Shown here: one piece after another, positions 19,835 through 28,106 of the stretch | How the letters are laid out: each line of letters begins with the position of its first letter | Numbering within the stretch: the stretch's first letter is position 1 | DNA from: a phage | Sequence record: PZ445409.1 | Strand: one strand, 5' to 3' | DNA length: 47,775 nucleotides | Notes under the pieces: generated by a model | What the model saw: only the letters and a program-made list of their open reading frames with translations | Database searches by the model: none | What the model was told of the DNA's origin: nothing | Made by a program: the position numbers and the translations under genes

Positions 19835-20428
19835 ATGGCGCAATACGGAGCAAGTTTAAAATTATCAAATGGGAATGTTTTTGTTACTCCTGATGCAAGT
19901 CCTTTGTGTCTTTATAGGCGCATGACGCTAACGTCAAATTACCAATCAGTGACAATTCCATCCGGTAAGCCTGTCATGTATTTTTCACGTGACGCTGACG
20001 GAATATCAATGGCGTTTAGAAATTCAGCAACGGAATTGTTAGTGGGGCCAGGTAATGGAGTTGGTTACATTTTTACTATATTTACACCTTCTCTTCCTAA
20101 GTATGGGATGGGTATCTGGAATGCAGAAGGGCAATTGATATTGACCAACGAATCAAGGATTTTAACAGATCTTGTTAAGGTTGGCACGCCTGGGAATCAA
20201 GGAGGAATATATATAGATCAGACTCTTACAGGTTCTTATGCAATTGCTCCTCAATTGCTTGGCGCTATTGTAGGGATGGGATCTGCATCAATTTATGCGG
20301 CAACAAAATATAACGGAAGCACGACAAGAATTTATGGTAAGGTAGCAGGTCAGCCGCCAGGCGCTCAAGGTTATATTAATCATGGAAATATAATAACAGC
20401 AATCAAGACTGATATTTACGACCAATAA
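19835..20428 (+). CDS. hypothetical tail-associated protein
   Basis: 197-aa ORF starting right at upstream stop; Gly-rich; followed by bidirectional terminator. Confidence 0.5.
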   Translation: MAQYGASLKLSNGNVFVTPDASPLCLYRRMTLTSNYQSVTIPSGKPVMYFSRDADGISMAFRNSATELLVGPGNGVGYIFTIFTPSLPKYGMGIWNAEGQLILTNESRILTDLVKVGTPGNQGGIYIDQTLTGSYAIAPQLLGAIVGMGSASIYAATKYNGSTTRIYGKVAGQPPGAQGYINHGNIITAIKTDIYDQ

Positions 20429-20452
20429 AAAAAGGGGCTTACGCCCCTTTAT
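20427..20452. terminator. bidirectional intrinsic terminator between tail genes and cor
   Basis: A-run, hairpin ggggcttacgcccc, T-run. Confidence 0.6.
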
Positions 20453-20457
20453 CATTG

Positions 20458-20685
20458 TTACAAACTGCAATCAGCGTTTTTGAAGTTATCGACGCTTACC
20501 CACTGAAAATTAAACGGATAGCCAGCCTTAACCAGAGTCTGATCACCAACTCTTTTAGCACCAAAAATAGCGACAGAATATTCCATTCCACTATTTTCAT
20601 AAGTGGCTGTGCATTCACGTTTAGGCATATTTGCGCAACCAGTCAGAGCAACGGCGGCAATTAAAACGGCGATTAATTTTTTCAT
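20458..20685 (-). CDS. cor: Cor-like superinfection exclusion lipoprotein
   Basis: 75-aa ORF from ATG 20685 (AAGGAG RBS 8 nt upstream; track start 20691 is TTG); signal peptide with lipobox LTGC; about 55-aa mature protein; placement after tail genes as in T1/phi80/N15. Confidence 0.6.
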   Translation of the reverse strand: MKKLIAVLIAAVALTGCANMPKRECTATYENSGMEYSVAIFGAKRVGDQTLVKAGYPFNFQWVSVDNFKNADCSL

Positions 20686-20716
20686 CTTCAATACTCCTTA
20701 GTTGTTGTTGACTGTA

Positions 20717-20758
20717 ACTATACACGATCCGACAAGCTGGGTTTAGCAAAAAGTGCTA
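20717..20758 (-). promoter_or_regulatory. phage promoter unit upstream of cor (variant element + TATAGT)
   Basis: Minus strand TAGCACTTTTTGCTAAAC then 18 nt then TATAGT; AAGGAG RBS and cor ATG follow. Confidence 0.5.
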
Positions 20759-21128
20759 CATGTTATTTTTTGTTTTCCGGTGTTATCGGATTTAAGACGG
20801 CGTAAATTTAGCGCAAATTTTAGCCAACATAATAACAATAAATAATCAATAAAATAGATATATACATATAAAATCAATAGTTTATTTATTTATGTATGTA
20901 TATTTGTTTTTTCTTGTTATCTGTGTTCCTTGTGGTTTTGGTTGTTTGTGGTGATTTTTCTTTCTGAGTATCTGTATGTGCCATCATTCATGTGTATGTA
21001 TATAATCCGGCGTATCTGAGAGAACAAGGGAACAAGAAAAATAACACATATTAATCATTAACTTACGAGTCAAATTTGTTTTATTGCCATATGAGAACGT
21101 TTAGAAAACAGAAAAAACAAATCACCTA
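20759..21128. repeat. AT-rich regulatory region A with alternating Pu/Py (GTATGTATAT) blocks and T/G-rich core
   Basis: Noncoding; shares TTCCG-GATAAC elements, GTATsTATAT blocks, T/G-rich core and GGGAACAAGAAAAA (21028-21041) with region B in the same orientation. Confidence 0.5.
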
Positions 21129-21156
21129 TTGACTAAACGCATCAAATAGCTAAAAT
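21129..21156 (+). promoter_or_regulatory. sigma70-like promoter (TTGACT-16-TAAAAT) for recombination operon
   Basis: -35 at 21129-21134, -10 at 21151-21156; GAGGA RBS and ATG 21186 downstream. Confidence 0.55.
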
Positions 21157-21185
21157 GCAGGCATACCAACCAATGAGGACGAATC

Positions 21186-22247
21186 ATGAATAAATTTATG
21201 GCTTACACCAGCGCAGAAATGAGCAACGAGCTTTATCACGATCCAGAAGCATGGACGGCTGAATATGTTAGCGGTTCAAGTCTGGCAGAGATTTACAGCA
21301 CTTGCCCTGCTGCGTGGAAGTTCAAGCCTCGCGACGATAAGAGCAAGGCGCTCATTTTCGGTACGCAGTCGCATACCAACTTCGAAAGCAAGGATCTATT
21401 TAATAAAACTTACCGCCGTGCACCAGCGCCGGAAGACTTCAAAGAGTTAATCACAAGTCAAACGGCATTAGCTGCAAAGCTGAAATCTTTTGGCCTGAAA
21501 GGGACAAGCGGAAAGGCTTACCCCGACCTTATCAAAATGATGGTTGATTGTGGCGAAGACCTTAACATCATGTGGTTAATCGACATGATCGCAGAAAGCC
21601 AGGCCAGAGCCGACGGCGTACAGTTAATCGACGCGAAAGATTACGATGCTTGCGTGGCAATGCGCCAGGTTCTGGAATCCATACCGGAACATAACGCCTG
21701 CATGAACAGCCCGACGGCACAGCGTGAATTGTCGTTATTCGGCGAAATCAACGGCGTAAAAGTTAAAGTTCGATGTGATCACGTTGACGTAGTGAAAAAC
21801 GTCACCGCCACGCTGATTGATGGTTATGACGAAAAAGGTCAGCCAATTTGCCGCGATATTATCTATCCAGAAGCGGTTGTTATCACTGACTACAAAACAA
21901 CAATGAGCGCAAATCCGATGGAGTTTATGCGACTGGCTTACAACCACGGCTATTATCTGAAAATGGCGCTGCAACATGATTTATTCAGGAAGGCATATCC
22001 AGACGAGAAGCGCCCTGTAGTTATGCGCCTGTTAGCCCAGGAGAAGAAAGAGCCTTATTTGCCGTTGGCTTTCCGCATGAACAGCGAGCAATTGAAGATA
22101 GGCCGAGTCCAGTATGTTAGCGTGATCCAACAGTTTGCTATGTGCCAGCATCATGACGTATGGCCTGCGTATGCAAACGGTGAGCCGGAAGTTTGCTTGG
22201 ATACGCCTGAATTTGTGCGCCGACAGTTCAAGCAGTATCTGATTTAA
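21186..22247 (+). CDS. PD-(D/E)XK recombination exonuclease (RecE/YqaJ-like)
   Basis: 353-aa ORF, GAGGA RBS; D...VITDYKT nuclease-core-like motif; first gene after sigma70-like promoter 21129-21156; followed by Erf and SSB. Confidence 0.55.
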   Translation: MNKFMAYTSAEMSNELYHDPEAWTAEYVSGSSLAEIYSTCPAAWKFKPRDDKSKALIFGTQSHTNFESKDLFNKTYRRAPAPEDFKELITSQTALAAKLKSFGLKGTSGKAYPDLIKMMVDCGEDLNIMWLIDMIAESQARADGVQLIDAKDYDACVAMRQVLESIPEHNACMNSPTAQRELSLFGEINGVKVKVRCDHVDVVKNVTATLIDGYDEKGQPICRDIIYPEAVVITDYKTTMSANPMEFMRLAYNHGYYLKMALQHDLFRKAYPDEKRPVVMRLLAQEKKEPYLPLAFRMNSEQLKIGRVQYVSVIQQFAMCQHHDVWPAYANGEPEVCLDTPEFVRRQFKQYLI

Positions 22248-22323
22248 ACCGCACAAATAGCTAAACAAATGATTAGCGCGGTGTTATAATTCGCCGCGCA
22301 GGTTAACAAATAATGGATTAATT

Positions 22324-22977
22324 ATGCAGCTATCAGAGAAATTCGATCTTGTACTTCCGGCGCTACACAAAGCGCGTTCAATGTTTGTGAAGGTTAAAAA
22401 AGACCGACAAAACAGCCATCTGAAAAACCGTTACGCCACACTTGACGCTGTACTTGATGCAATAACTCCAGCGTTGATGGATAACGACCTAATGCTAATG
22501 CAGGACGGCAGCCGCATCGAAAATAACACGCTGCGAGTCGAAACAACAGTAATGCACACATCAGGTCAGTGGGTGAAATATTTCTTTGACATCCCAATTG
22601 TGAAGAATGATCCGCAAGGCGTAGGTTCTGCTTTCACCTATGGGCGACGTTATGCGGCGGCGGCAGCGTTCGGTTTAAGCCAGGCTGACGACGATGCGCA
22701 AATCGCTGTTAAGTCTGCGAACGACTGGAAACGCGATCTTGATAAATGTGAGTCAGTACCTGAATTGCAGGAAACATTCAAGAAAGCATGGAGCGCAAGC
22801 GATCCAGCAAGTAAACAGGTCGTTAAGGAACACTACGAGAAACGCAAAGCAGAAATCGAAATCGGCGGCGCGCGCGGTTTTAATCCAGCGCAACCAAAAA
22901 AGAATCTTGCAAGTGATTCCGTTGACACCGCAAAACATGAGCAAGTACAATCGGCTAACATCACCGATTTTGAATAA
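22324..22977 (+). CDS. Erf-family single-strand annealing protein
   Basis: 217-aa ORF; [18 protein letters not shown] motif typical of ERF proteins; between exonuclease and SSB. Confidence 0.65.
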   Translation: MQLSEKFDLVLPALHKARSMFVKVKKDRQNSHLKNRYATLDAVLDAITPALMDNDLMLMQDGSRIENNTLRVETTVMHTSGQWVKYFFDIPIVKNDPQGVGSAFTYGRRYAAAAAFGLSQADDDAQIAVKSANDWKRDLDKCESVPELQETFKKAWSASDPASKQVVKEHYEKRKAEIEIGGARGFNPAQPKKNLASDSVDTAKHEQVQSANITDFE

Positions 22978-23018
22978 AAACGGGGCGCTTGCGCCCCATT
23001 TTCATAGGAGAAAACAAA

Positions 23019-23465
23019 ATGCACGTAGTCACAGGAACGATCAGAAAAGAGCCATACACAAAAGAAGGACAAAGCAACTCCGGCGCTTACAAGATGTATA
23101 TTGTGGAATTGTCGGAGTCTATTAAAGACAGACAGAGTGGTGAACGGATATATTCAAACTATAGCGCAACGTTCTTCGCATCAAGCGATGCAATGCGTCA
23201 TTGGTATGATAACGCGTTGCAGGTTGGTAAAGTCGTTTCCATCTCTGCGGAAGTTCTACGCATCAACCAGCGCGAGCATAACGGTAACAACTATGTAACG
23301 TTGCAGATGGAACAACCACGACTGGTATTCAGCCAGCGCACCGAAGGACAGCAGCAACAGCAGAATCAAGGTGGATGGGGGCAACCGCAACAGCAGCATC
23401 CTCGCCAGCAACCACAGCAAAGCAATCAGCCGCCAATGAATTTTGACGACGACATTCCATTCTGA
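23019..23465 (+). CDS. ssb: single-stranded DNA-binding protein
   Basis: 148-aa ORF, AGGAG RBS; Gln/Gly-rich linker and acidic C-terminal tail ending DDDIPF, hallmark of SSB. Confidence 0.8.
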   Translation: MHVVTGTIRKEPYTKEGQSNSGAYKMYIVELSESIKDRQSGERIYSNYSATFFASSDAMRHWYDNALQVGKVVSISAEVLRINQREHNGNNYVTLQMEQPRLVFSQRTEGQQQQQNQGGWGQPQQQHPRQQPQQSNQPPMNFDDDIPF

Positions 23466-23499
23466 TAACAAAAGCCCCGCATATGCGGGGCATTTTTTT
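23466..23499. terminator. bidirectional intrinsic terminator between ssb and tail-fibre module
   Basis: A-run, hairpin gccccgcatatgcggggc, T7. Confidence 0.65.
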
Positions 23500-24193
23500 A
23501 GTCTAACGTGGTTGGTTTGTTTACCAGTGCCGCTACAACCGCTTTTAGCTCGTCAATTTCTTTTCTCATCTCCTCATTTTCCGCTTTCAGATTCTTGACG
23601 TGGTGAATCAGTGGAACAGTGAGGCGGTCATACATAACGCCTTCCGCCACCATGCCATTACTTGAAGCAATGGCAGGATCTTCTCCTTCTTGCAGCGGTC
23701 GCCAGTGAACGTACTCCGGCGCAACCTCTCCAACTTCCTCTGCAATCAGTCCGTACCATCCCCAATCTTTACGGTCGCTTTCACAAGTTGACCGATACCA
23801 CACAGGACGCATTTCAAGCATCAGATCCGCATATTCATCAATAACCGATTCTACGCTGCGCTTATAACGAGAAGAGGAAGTGGAGCGTAAAACTTGCGAA
23901 ACTCCAGCATTTGGATCAAGCCATAAGTTTGCTGATTGAGCGGTTGTGTTGAGTCTAAACAAATAAAATGCCTCGTTACCAGTCAGGGGGTAAAAACTGC
24001 CACTATACCTTCCGCTTTCCAACTCGGATGATAGATCAGTTTGTTTTAGATACGGTTTCAATTTATTTTCAACATCAGTAGTTGATGCTTTTCCGGCAAC
24101 ATCCTGTTTTAGTGTCGAAACATCCTGATTTATCGTAGAAACATCATTTTTTAGCTTCGTTATATCACTAGGTATAACAGTTACTGTAGCCAT
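23498..24193 (-). CDS. tail fibre-like protein with C-terminal intramolecular chaperone (S74-like) domain
   Basis: 231-aa ORF, AAGGAG RBS; C-terminus has SDRKDWGWYGLIAEEVGEVAPEYV segment and coiled coil typical of auto-cleaving fibre chaperone domains. Confidence 0.55.
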   Translation of the reverse strand: MATVTVIPSDITKLKNDVSTINQDVSTLKQDVAGKASTTDVENKLKPYLKQTDLSSELESGRYSGSFYPLTGNEAFYLFRLNTTAQSANLWLDPNAGVSQVLRSTSSSRYKRSVESVIDEYADLMLEMRPVWYRSTCESDRKDWGWYGLIAEEVGEVAPEYVHWRPLQEGEDPAIASSNGMVAEGVMYDRLTVPLIHHVKNLKAENEEMRKEIDELKAVVAALVNKPTTLD

Positions 24194-24205
24194 TTTCCTA
24201 ACTCC

Positions 24206-24484
24206 TTAAGCCCATTCTCTAATAGGCTGATCTAACTCAACCACGTAGTCGTTAAAAATTACGGCATCAAACTTATCATCAATGATTCGCACATTGACGA
24301 AATAGCCGTCGTTCTTTTGCGCAATCTCCTCGCCATCGTCAGATCGTGCAATTACTGTGTAAGTAGTGCCGATTACATCAAGCATGATAGCGTTTTGAAG
24401 CTCATCATTATCATGCCATTCGATTTCGTCCAGAAAGGCGGAAAACTCCGCCTTGTCTACAAATTTCAGTGTTAAATCGCGCAT
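24206..24484 (-). CDS. hypothetical small protein (fibre-associated)
   Basis: 92-aa ORF from ATG 24484 with TAATG overlap to tail fibre stop (track start 24625 lies inside the fibre gene). Confidence 0.45.
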   Translation of the reverse strand: MRDLTLKFVDKAEFSAFLDEIEWHDNDELQNAIMLDVIGTTYTVIARSDDGEEIAQKNDGYFVNVRIIDDKFDAVIFNDYVVELDQPIREWA

Positions 24485-26451
24485 TATACAATTTCCCCTA
24501 ATTGATGATCTGTTAATTCTTTGTGCCAAATACGCAAGTTCTTGACGTGTCCGAAAAGATGGAGTTCGCCTGTACTTGTTTGTCCGCCAATCCTTATAGT
24601 AGCCGTTGATACTATATATCTCCATTCCGTTTTTGTTTCGCTTGATATTCTGGCATTACTTACACAACAAGTATTGTAATCACTCTTTACTCTCATTCCT
24701 ATGATCATCTTTTTTAGTTTCGCATTCTCGTTAACCCTTCTGTTTGATTTACCTATATCGCAATAAGGGAATCCATCAGCATCGCCTTCGGCAGACCCGA
24801 AAGCAAGAATAATTCCCGCACCAGATTGATGACCTCCAGTATCGAAAACACGAGGCGCAGCATTTGGCGTTCTACTCCAGTTTTTATGAGCCTCCACAAG
24901 AACTGTAAACGGCAAATTGTAAAGGTTGTTTTTTATTGGCACTGTAACCATATCGCTTGCCCTTGTAACTGGCTTATCGCCAGTTACAATTAAAGACGAA
25001 GCAGATGATCCGTTTTCAACTTGGGCGGTAGCTAGAGTCATAAATTGACCTGCGGTAACATCCTGACCTTCCCTTGCTGCCATCTCAACGCGAGCATACA
25101 TCTTTATATCTTCTGGTGCTTTATATGTACCCTGGAATAATACCCATCCACCTGATTCCTGCTTCACATCATACGTCAACTTATTTCCTCCAGTCACATC
25201 AAGAGTGACAAGATCTAACATCACGTCAGCTATAAATGTGTTTCCCTGCCCATCAGGATTTAGCTTGGAGAATCGCAATCTTAACCTAACTGGTGAAGAA
25301 TATTCCTCGCCGATTCTTGCGCGTATTGAGATAGTACCATACTCACCATTCGCAACATCCACTACGCGAGATACACCAGTTGAAATTGCTGTAATCGGTA
25401 CAGTATCTTGACTTTCTTTATAAGTAAATTTAGCGGAAGTTATACCAAATTCATCTGTAGAATTAGCGGATACGTCCAACCTATTTAAGTTTCTATTCCA
25501 TTTGTCCGGTGAATTGCTATTACTGAAGTTGTTTGTTCTCTGCCCTTCAATCAGCAATCCATCTCTTTCAAAACGTGGTTCATCAATTGCTGCAACGGTA
25601 AGAATACCTGATTTGTTAATGTATGTTGCAGTTGATGCACGTTTAAATTTGACAATCTTGTCGCCCGGCATCGTGATCTCATCGTCACCTATGACAATCT
25701 TTTTGTATGACGGCGAGAATCCGGTAATCATATCCAGGGAATCATTAAATGGTATCCACACGTCCGGCAACGGTTGCAATAAGTCTTTGTAAGGTTCTGC
25801 GGCCTGCTTTGCGTATTCCTCCGCTTGATCTCGCGCACTTTCAGCTCCTGCCTTTGCAGTTTTCGCAGCGTCACGCGCGGATTCAGCGCCAGACTTTGCT
25901 GCTTCAGCGCCAGTCTTTGCAGTGTTTGCAGCGTCGCGCGCGGATTCAGCGGCAGCCTTTGCAGTATCAGCGCCTTTCTTGCTATTCGCTGCATTTGTTG
26001 CGCTTGTCTTCGCGCTATTCTCGCTGGTTTTAGCTGCCTGCTGGCTTGCTGCTGCTGCGTCAGCATTTGTCTTTACGTCTTCTTGGATCTTCTGTAGCTT
26101 ATCCCAATCAAAATCCTTGATGATCTCAATAAATCCAGCAAGCTCCGACTCTTTCCCCATGTAGTAGCGCAATGTTTCCGCTACGTCTTGCGCCAGGCCA
26201 TCAACAGTTAACGAGTCATGAAGCAAGATTATGTAGTCTGAACGGGGAACAACAGCACCACCAGTGGTGATTGCTCGAATGCTAGTATCGTTGACCACTT
26301 CGGTGATAACTGCGGCCTGTAGCGGCTGTGTCAGAAAAATAATGGTTGCGCCGGAACGGATCAGCGTTAACTGCTCACGCCAGTTCGTCCCGTAGCCAGT
26401 TATATAGCCTTGAGCGTCCATTGACGCTTGACCTTTGCGATAAATTGCCAT
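24484..26451 (-). CDS. side (L-shaped-like) tail fibre protein
   Basis: 655-aa ORF from ATG 26451 with AGGAGA RBS; Ala/Lys/Glu-rich coiled-coil segment after a conserved-looking N-terminal domain; beta-rich distal part. Confidence 0.65.
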   Translation of the reverse strand: MAIYRKGQASMDAQGYITGYGTNWREQLTLIRSGATIIFLTQPLQAAVITEVVNDTSIRAITTGGAVVPRSDYIILLHDSLTVDGLAQDVAETLRYYMGKESELAGFIEIIKDFDWDKLQKIQEDVKTNADAAAASQQAAKTSENSAKTSATNAANSKKGADTAKAAAESARDAANTAKTGAEAAKSGAESARDAAKTAKAGAESARDQAEEYAKQAAEPYKDLLQPLPDVWIPFNDSLDMITGFSPSYKKIVIGDDEITMPGDKIVKFKRASTATYINKSGILTVAAIDEPRFERDGLLIEGQRTNNFSNSNSPDKWNRNLNRLDVSANSTDEFGITSAKFTYKESQDTVPITAISTGVSRVVDVANGEYGTISIRARIGEEYSSPVRLRLRFSKLNPDGQGNTFIADVMLDLVTLDVTGGNKLTYDVKQESGGWVLFQGTYKAPEDIKMYARVEMAAREGQDVTAGQFMTLATAQVENGSSASSLIVTGDKPVTRASDMVTVPIKNNLYNLPFTVLVEAHKNWSRTPNAAPRVFDTGGHQSGAGIILAFGSAEGDADGFPYCDIGKSNRRVNENAKLKKMIIGMRVKSDYNTCCVSNARISSETKTEWRYIVSTATIRIGGQTSTGELHLFGHVKNLRIWHKELTDHQLGEIV

Positions 26452-26469
26452 CTGTAATTTTCTCCTGTA

Positions 26470-26488
26470 TAGCACTTTTTGCTAATGA
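26470..26488 (-). promoter_or_regulatory. inverted copy of conserved element abutting RBS of side tail fibre gene
   Basis: Coding (minus) strand reads TCATTAGCAAAAAGTGCTA then tACAGGAGA RBS then ATG at 26451. Confidence 0.45.
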
Positions 26489-26516
26489 CAACATTGAGAA
26501 TAGCAGTTTTGCAGGC

Positions 26517-26541
26517 AAAAAAAAACCCCGCATAAGCGGGG
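26517..26541 (-). terminator. intrinsic terminator (minus strand) after primase
   Basis: Plus strand A9 + ccccgcataagcgggg; on minus strand hairpin then T-run. Confidence 0.6.
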
Positions 26542-26557
26542 TAATACTAGCGGAGTT

Positions 26558-27487
26558 TTATAGCAGTGATTCGGGCTTGTAGAGTTTTCTTTCTACGCCC
26601 TGTTTAAAATTATCGTTAACAGGCATCATTATGTCAAGACCTCTTTCCTCTGCCGCGATTATCACATCACGATCATCTTTCCGGCAGACTACGCGCATTC
26701 TTCTTTCTCCTTTATATCTATGCGCAACCATTTCAAGATTTGAAGGAGTAAAGCAGGCCCACACCTCTTGACCAGTTGATAAATGAACATGCTGGGAATC
26801 AACCCAATCAAGGCACAAATATATCGTCTTATCTGTGCTACCTGTTTTAACAACAGACCCGCGCGTGTAGTCGCGAGCTAAAAACCAATCCTTTCCATCC
26901 TCATCAATGAAAAGCACGTTACACATTTCATCATCCAGCCCGTCATCATGCACCAGGTGACAAGGTAGCGCGTGAATGTATCGACCATCCTTGACGCCGC
27001 AATCATAATGACAACCTTCCGGCGGATATATCCCCTCATAAACGCTTAAAGGTGTGCGATCGAATTTTAATGTTTTTGCCATCACTTTTTCGCAGCATTC
27101 ATGACTTGCCTGTTTCCCGAACGAGTAACCAGAAGAACGCGAAGCGCGTTTGTTTGCTCTGATCCTGTAATCCTGCGGCACTTTTCCGAGGAAGCGACCC
27201 AAAATGTTGATGGCCTCGCTGTAAGGTTCGCCAGTTAATTTCATTAACCAACCGATCCCCGTGTCGTTACCGCACACGTTGCAGATCGCGCCGCCGTCGC
27301 CCTCTTCATTTAGCTTATCAGTCCATCTAAAACGATCCTTACCGCCGCAGTGTGGGCAAGGCTGATGCTTTTTGTTGAAAACATCGCTATGCAGTCCGCA
27401 AATGCTTTGTAGTGCTTCACGCCATAACCCCTTCATATATGGCAAAACATCTTCTTTCTGATAGGTCATAAAGTTTTCAGTATTCAT
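26558..27487 (-). CDS. DNA primase (zinc-ribbon + TOPRIM-like)
   Basis: 310-aa ORF from ATG 27487 with GAGG RBS after a terminator hairpin; CPHCGG...CNVCG zinc-binding motif and acidic IDEDG cluster. Confidence 0.55.
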   Translation of the reverse strand: MNTENFMTYQKEDVLPYMKGLWREALQSICGLHSDVFNKKHQPCPHCGGKDRFRWTDKLNEEGDGGAICNVCGNDTGIGWLMKLTGEPYSEAINILGRFLGKVPQDYRIRANKRASRSSGYSFGKQASHECCEKVMAKTLKFDRTPLSVYEGIYPPEGCHYDCGVKDGRYIHALPCHLVHDDGLDDEMCNVLFIDEDGKDWFLARDYTRGSVVKTGSTDKTIYLCLDWVDSQHVHLSTGQEVWACFTPSNLEMVAHRYKGERRMRVVCRKDDRDVIIAAEERGLDIMMPVNDNFKQGVERKLYKPESLL

Positions 27488-27542
27488 GGCAAACCTCAAT
27501 AAAAAAGCCCAGCAAATATTATCATTTCGCTGGGCCTTATCA

Positions 27543-28019
27543 TTAGCTATTCGTGCTGTTATCACCTTTGTAGAATCTTCCGCCTGGTTCGTAGTCTGAA
27601 TTTTTGACTACGCGCAACATTTCGTATTTGTCGCAACGGGTAGTAAGAGGCTTGCCGTTAGAATCAAACCGCAGATCTGGACGACAAAACGAGGCGCGGT
27701 ATCCTTTGCATCCATTATATTTGTAGTCGTTATGCACCTTTTGTGCTCCAGCGGCTGAAATCATACCACGCTTTCGCCATTGGTTAACAACTTGCTGAGA
27801 TACGCGCAGACGTCGAGCCATAGCAGGAACGCCGCCGTAATACTCGATCAGAATGTCAAGGCGAGATTTCAGGCTTGCTTTTACCTCATCTCGCAGGATA
27901 AGAAATCCGGTTCGATGTTTTCGTGGCTTTTTGTCTTTACCTCGTCGCGTTCCGTTGTTACCGTTAATAGTGCGCTTGTCGATCTCACCAGTAGACACTG
28001 CAATTCGTGCATCTTTCAT
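27543..28019 (-). CDS. XRE/Cro-like HTH DNA-binding protein
   Basis: 158-aa ORF with GAGGTGA RBS; helix-turn-helix GGVPAMARRLRVSQQVVNQWRKRG; Cys-rich C-terminal part; inverted copy of the conserved 19-bp element in its 5-prime UTR. Confidence 0.55.
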   Translation of the reverse strand: MKDARIAVSTGEIDKRTINGNNGTRRGKDKKPRKHRTGFLILRDEVKASLKSRLDILIEYYGGVPAMARRLRVSQQVVNQWRKRGMISAAGAQKVHNDYKYNGCKGYRASFCRPDLRFDSNGKPLTTRCDKYEMLRVVKNSDYEPGGRFYKGDNSTNS

Positions 28020-28031
28020 CTAGTCACCTCA

Positions 28032-28074
28032 TAGCATTTTTTGTTAAAACAGTTTATTGTAATGAGTCTATTAT
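28032..28074 (+). promoter_or_regulatory. phage promoter unit (19-bp element + 18-bp spacer + TATTAT)
   Basis: TAGCATTTTTTGTTAAAAC at 28032-28050, hexamer 28069-28074; 32 nt before helicase ATG. Confidence 0.6.
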
Positions 28075-28106
28075 ATACTCCAAATGGCATTTTTTAAAGG
28101 TTTAAG

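Noticed and set aside
20880-21006. TG-rich and GTATGTATAT repeats (also 41480-41600) considered as a CRISPR array
   Set aside because: No regular repeat-spacer periodicity, repeats are short and degenerate, and no cas genes are present; interpreted as regulatory or origin-type sequence.
20692-21185. tRNA or small RNA genes in the large noncoding regions (also 41109-41783)
   Set aside because: No cloverleaf-compatible stems or conserved tRNA boxes seen by eye; cannot be excluded without a covariance search.
25728-26164. Track ORFs on both strands inside the tail-fibre gene (25728-26066 minus, 25749-26033, 25825-26097, 25922-26164 plus)
   Set aside because: They lie within the Ala/Lys/Glu-rich repeat of the fibre gene, have low-complexity translations and no RBS; typical mirror-frame artefacts. 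The same applies to antisense ORFs inside the tape measure, J and terL genes.
27543-28019. XRE HTH protein considered as a CI-like lysogeny repressor of a temperate phage
   Set aside because: No integrase, attachment site, excisionase or immunity region anywhere in the window; gene content matches virulent T1-like phages, so the protein is treated as a lytic-cycle regulator.
28041-28074. Conserved element considered as a canonical sigma70 -35 box
   Set aside because: Its only -35-like hexamer (TTGTTA) is 22 bp from the -10-like hexamer, outside the 16-19 bp window.
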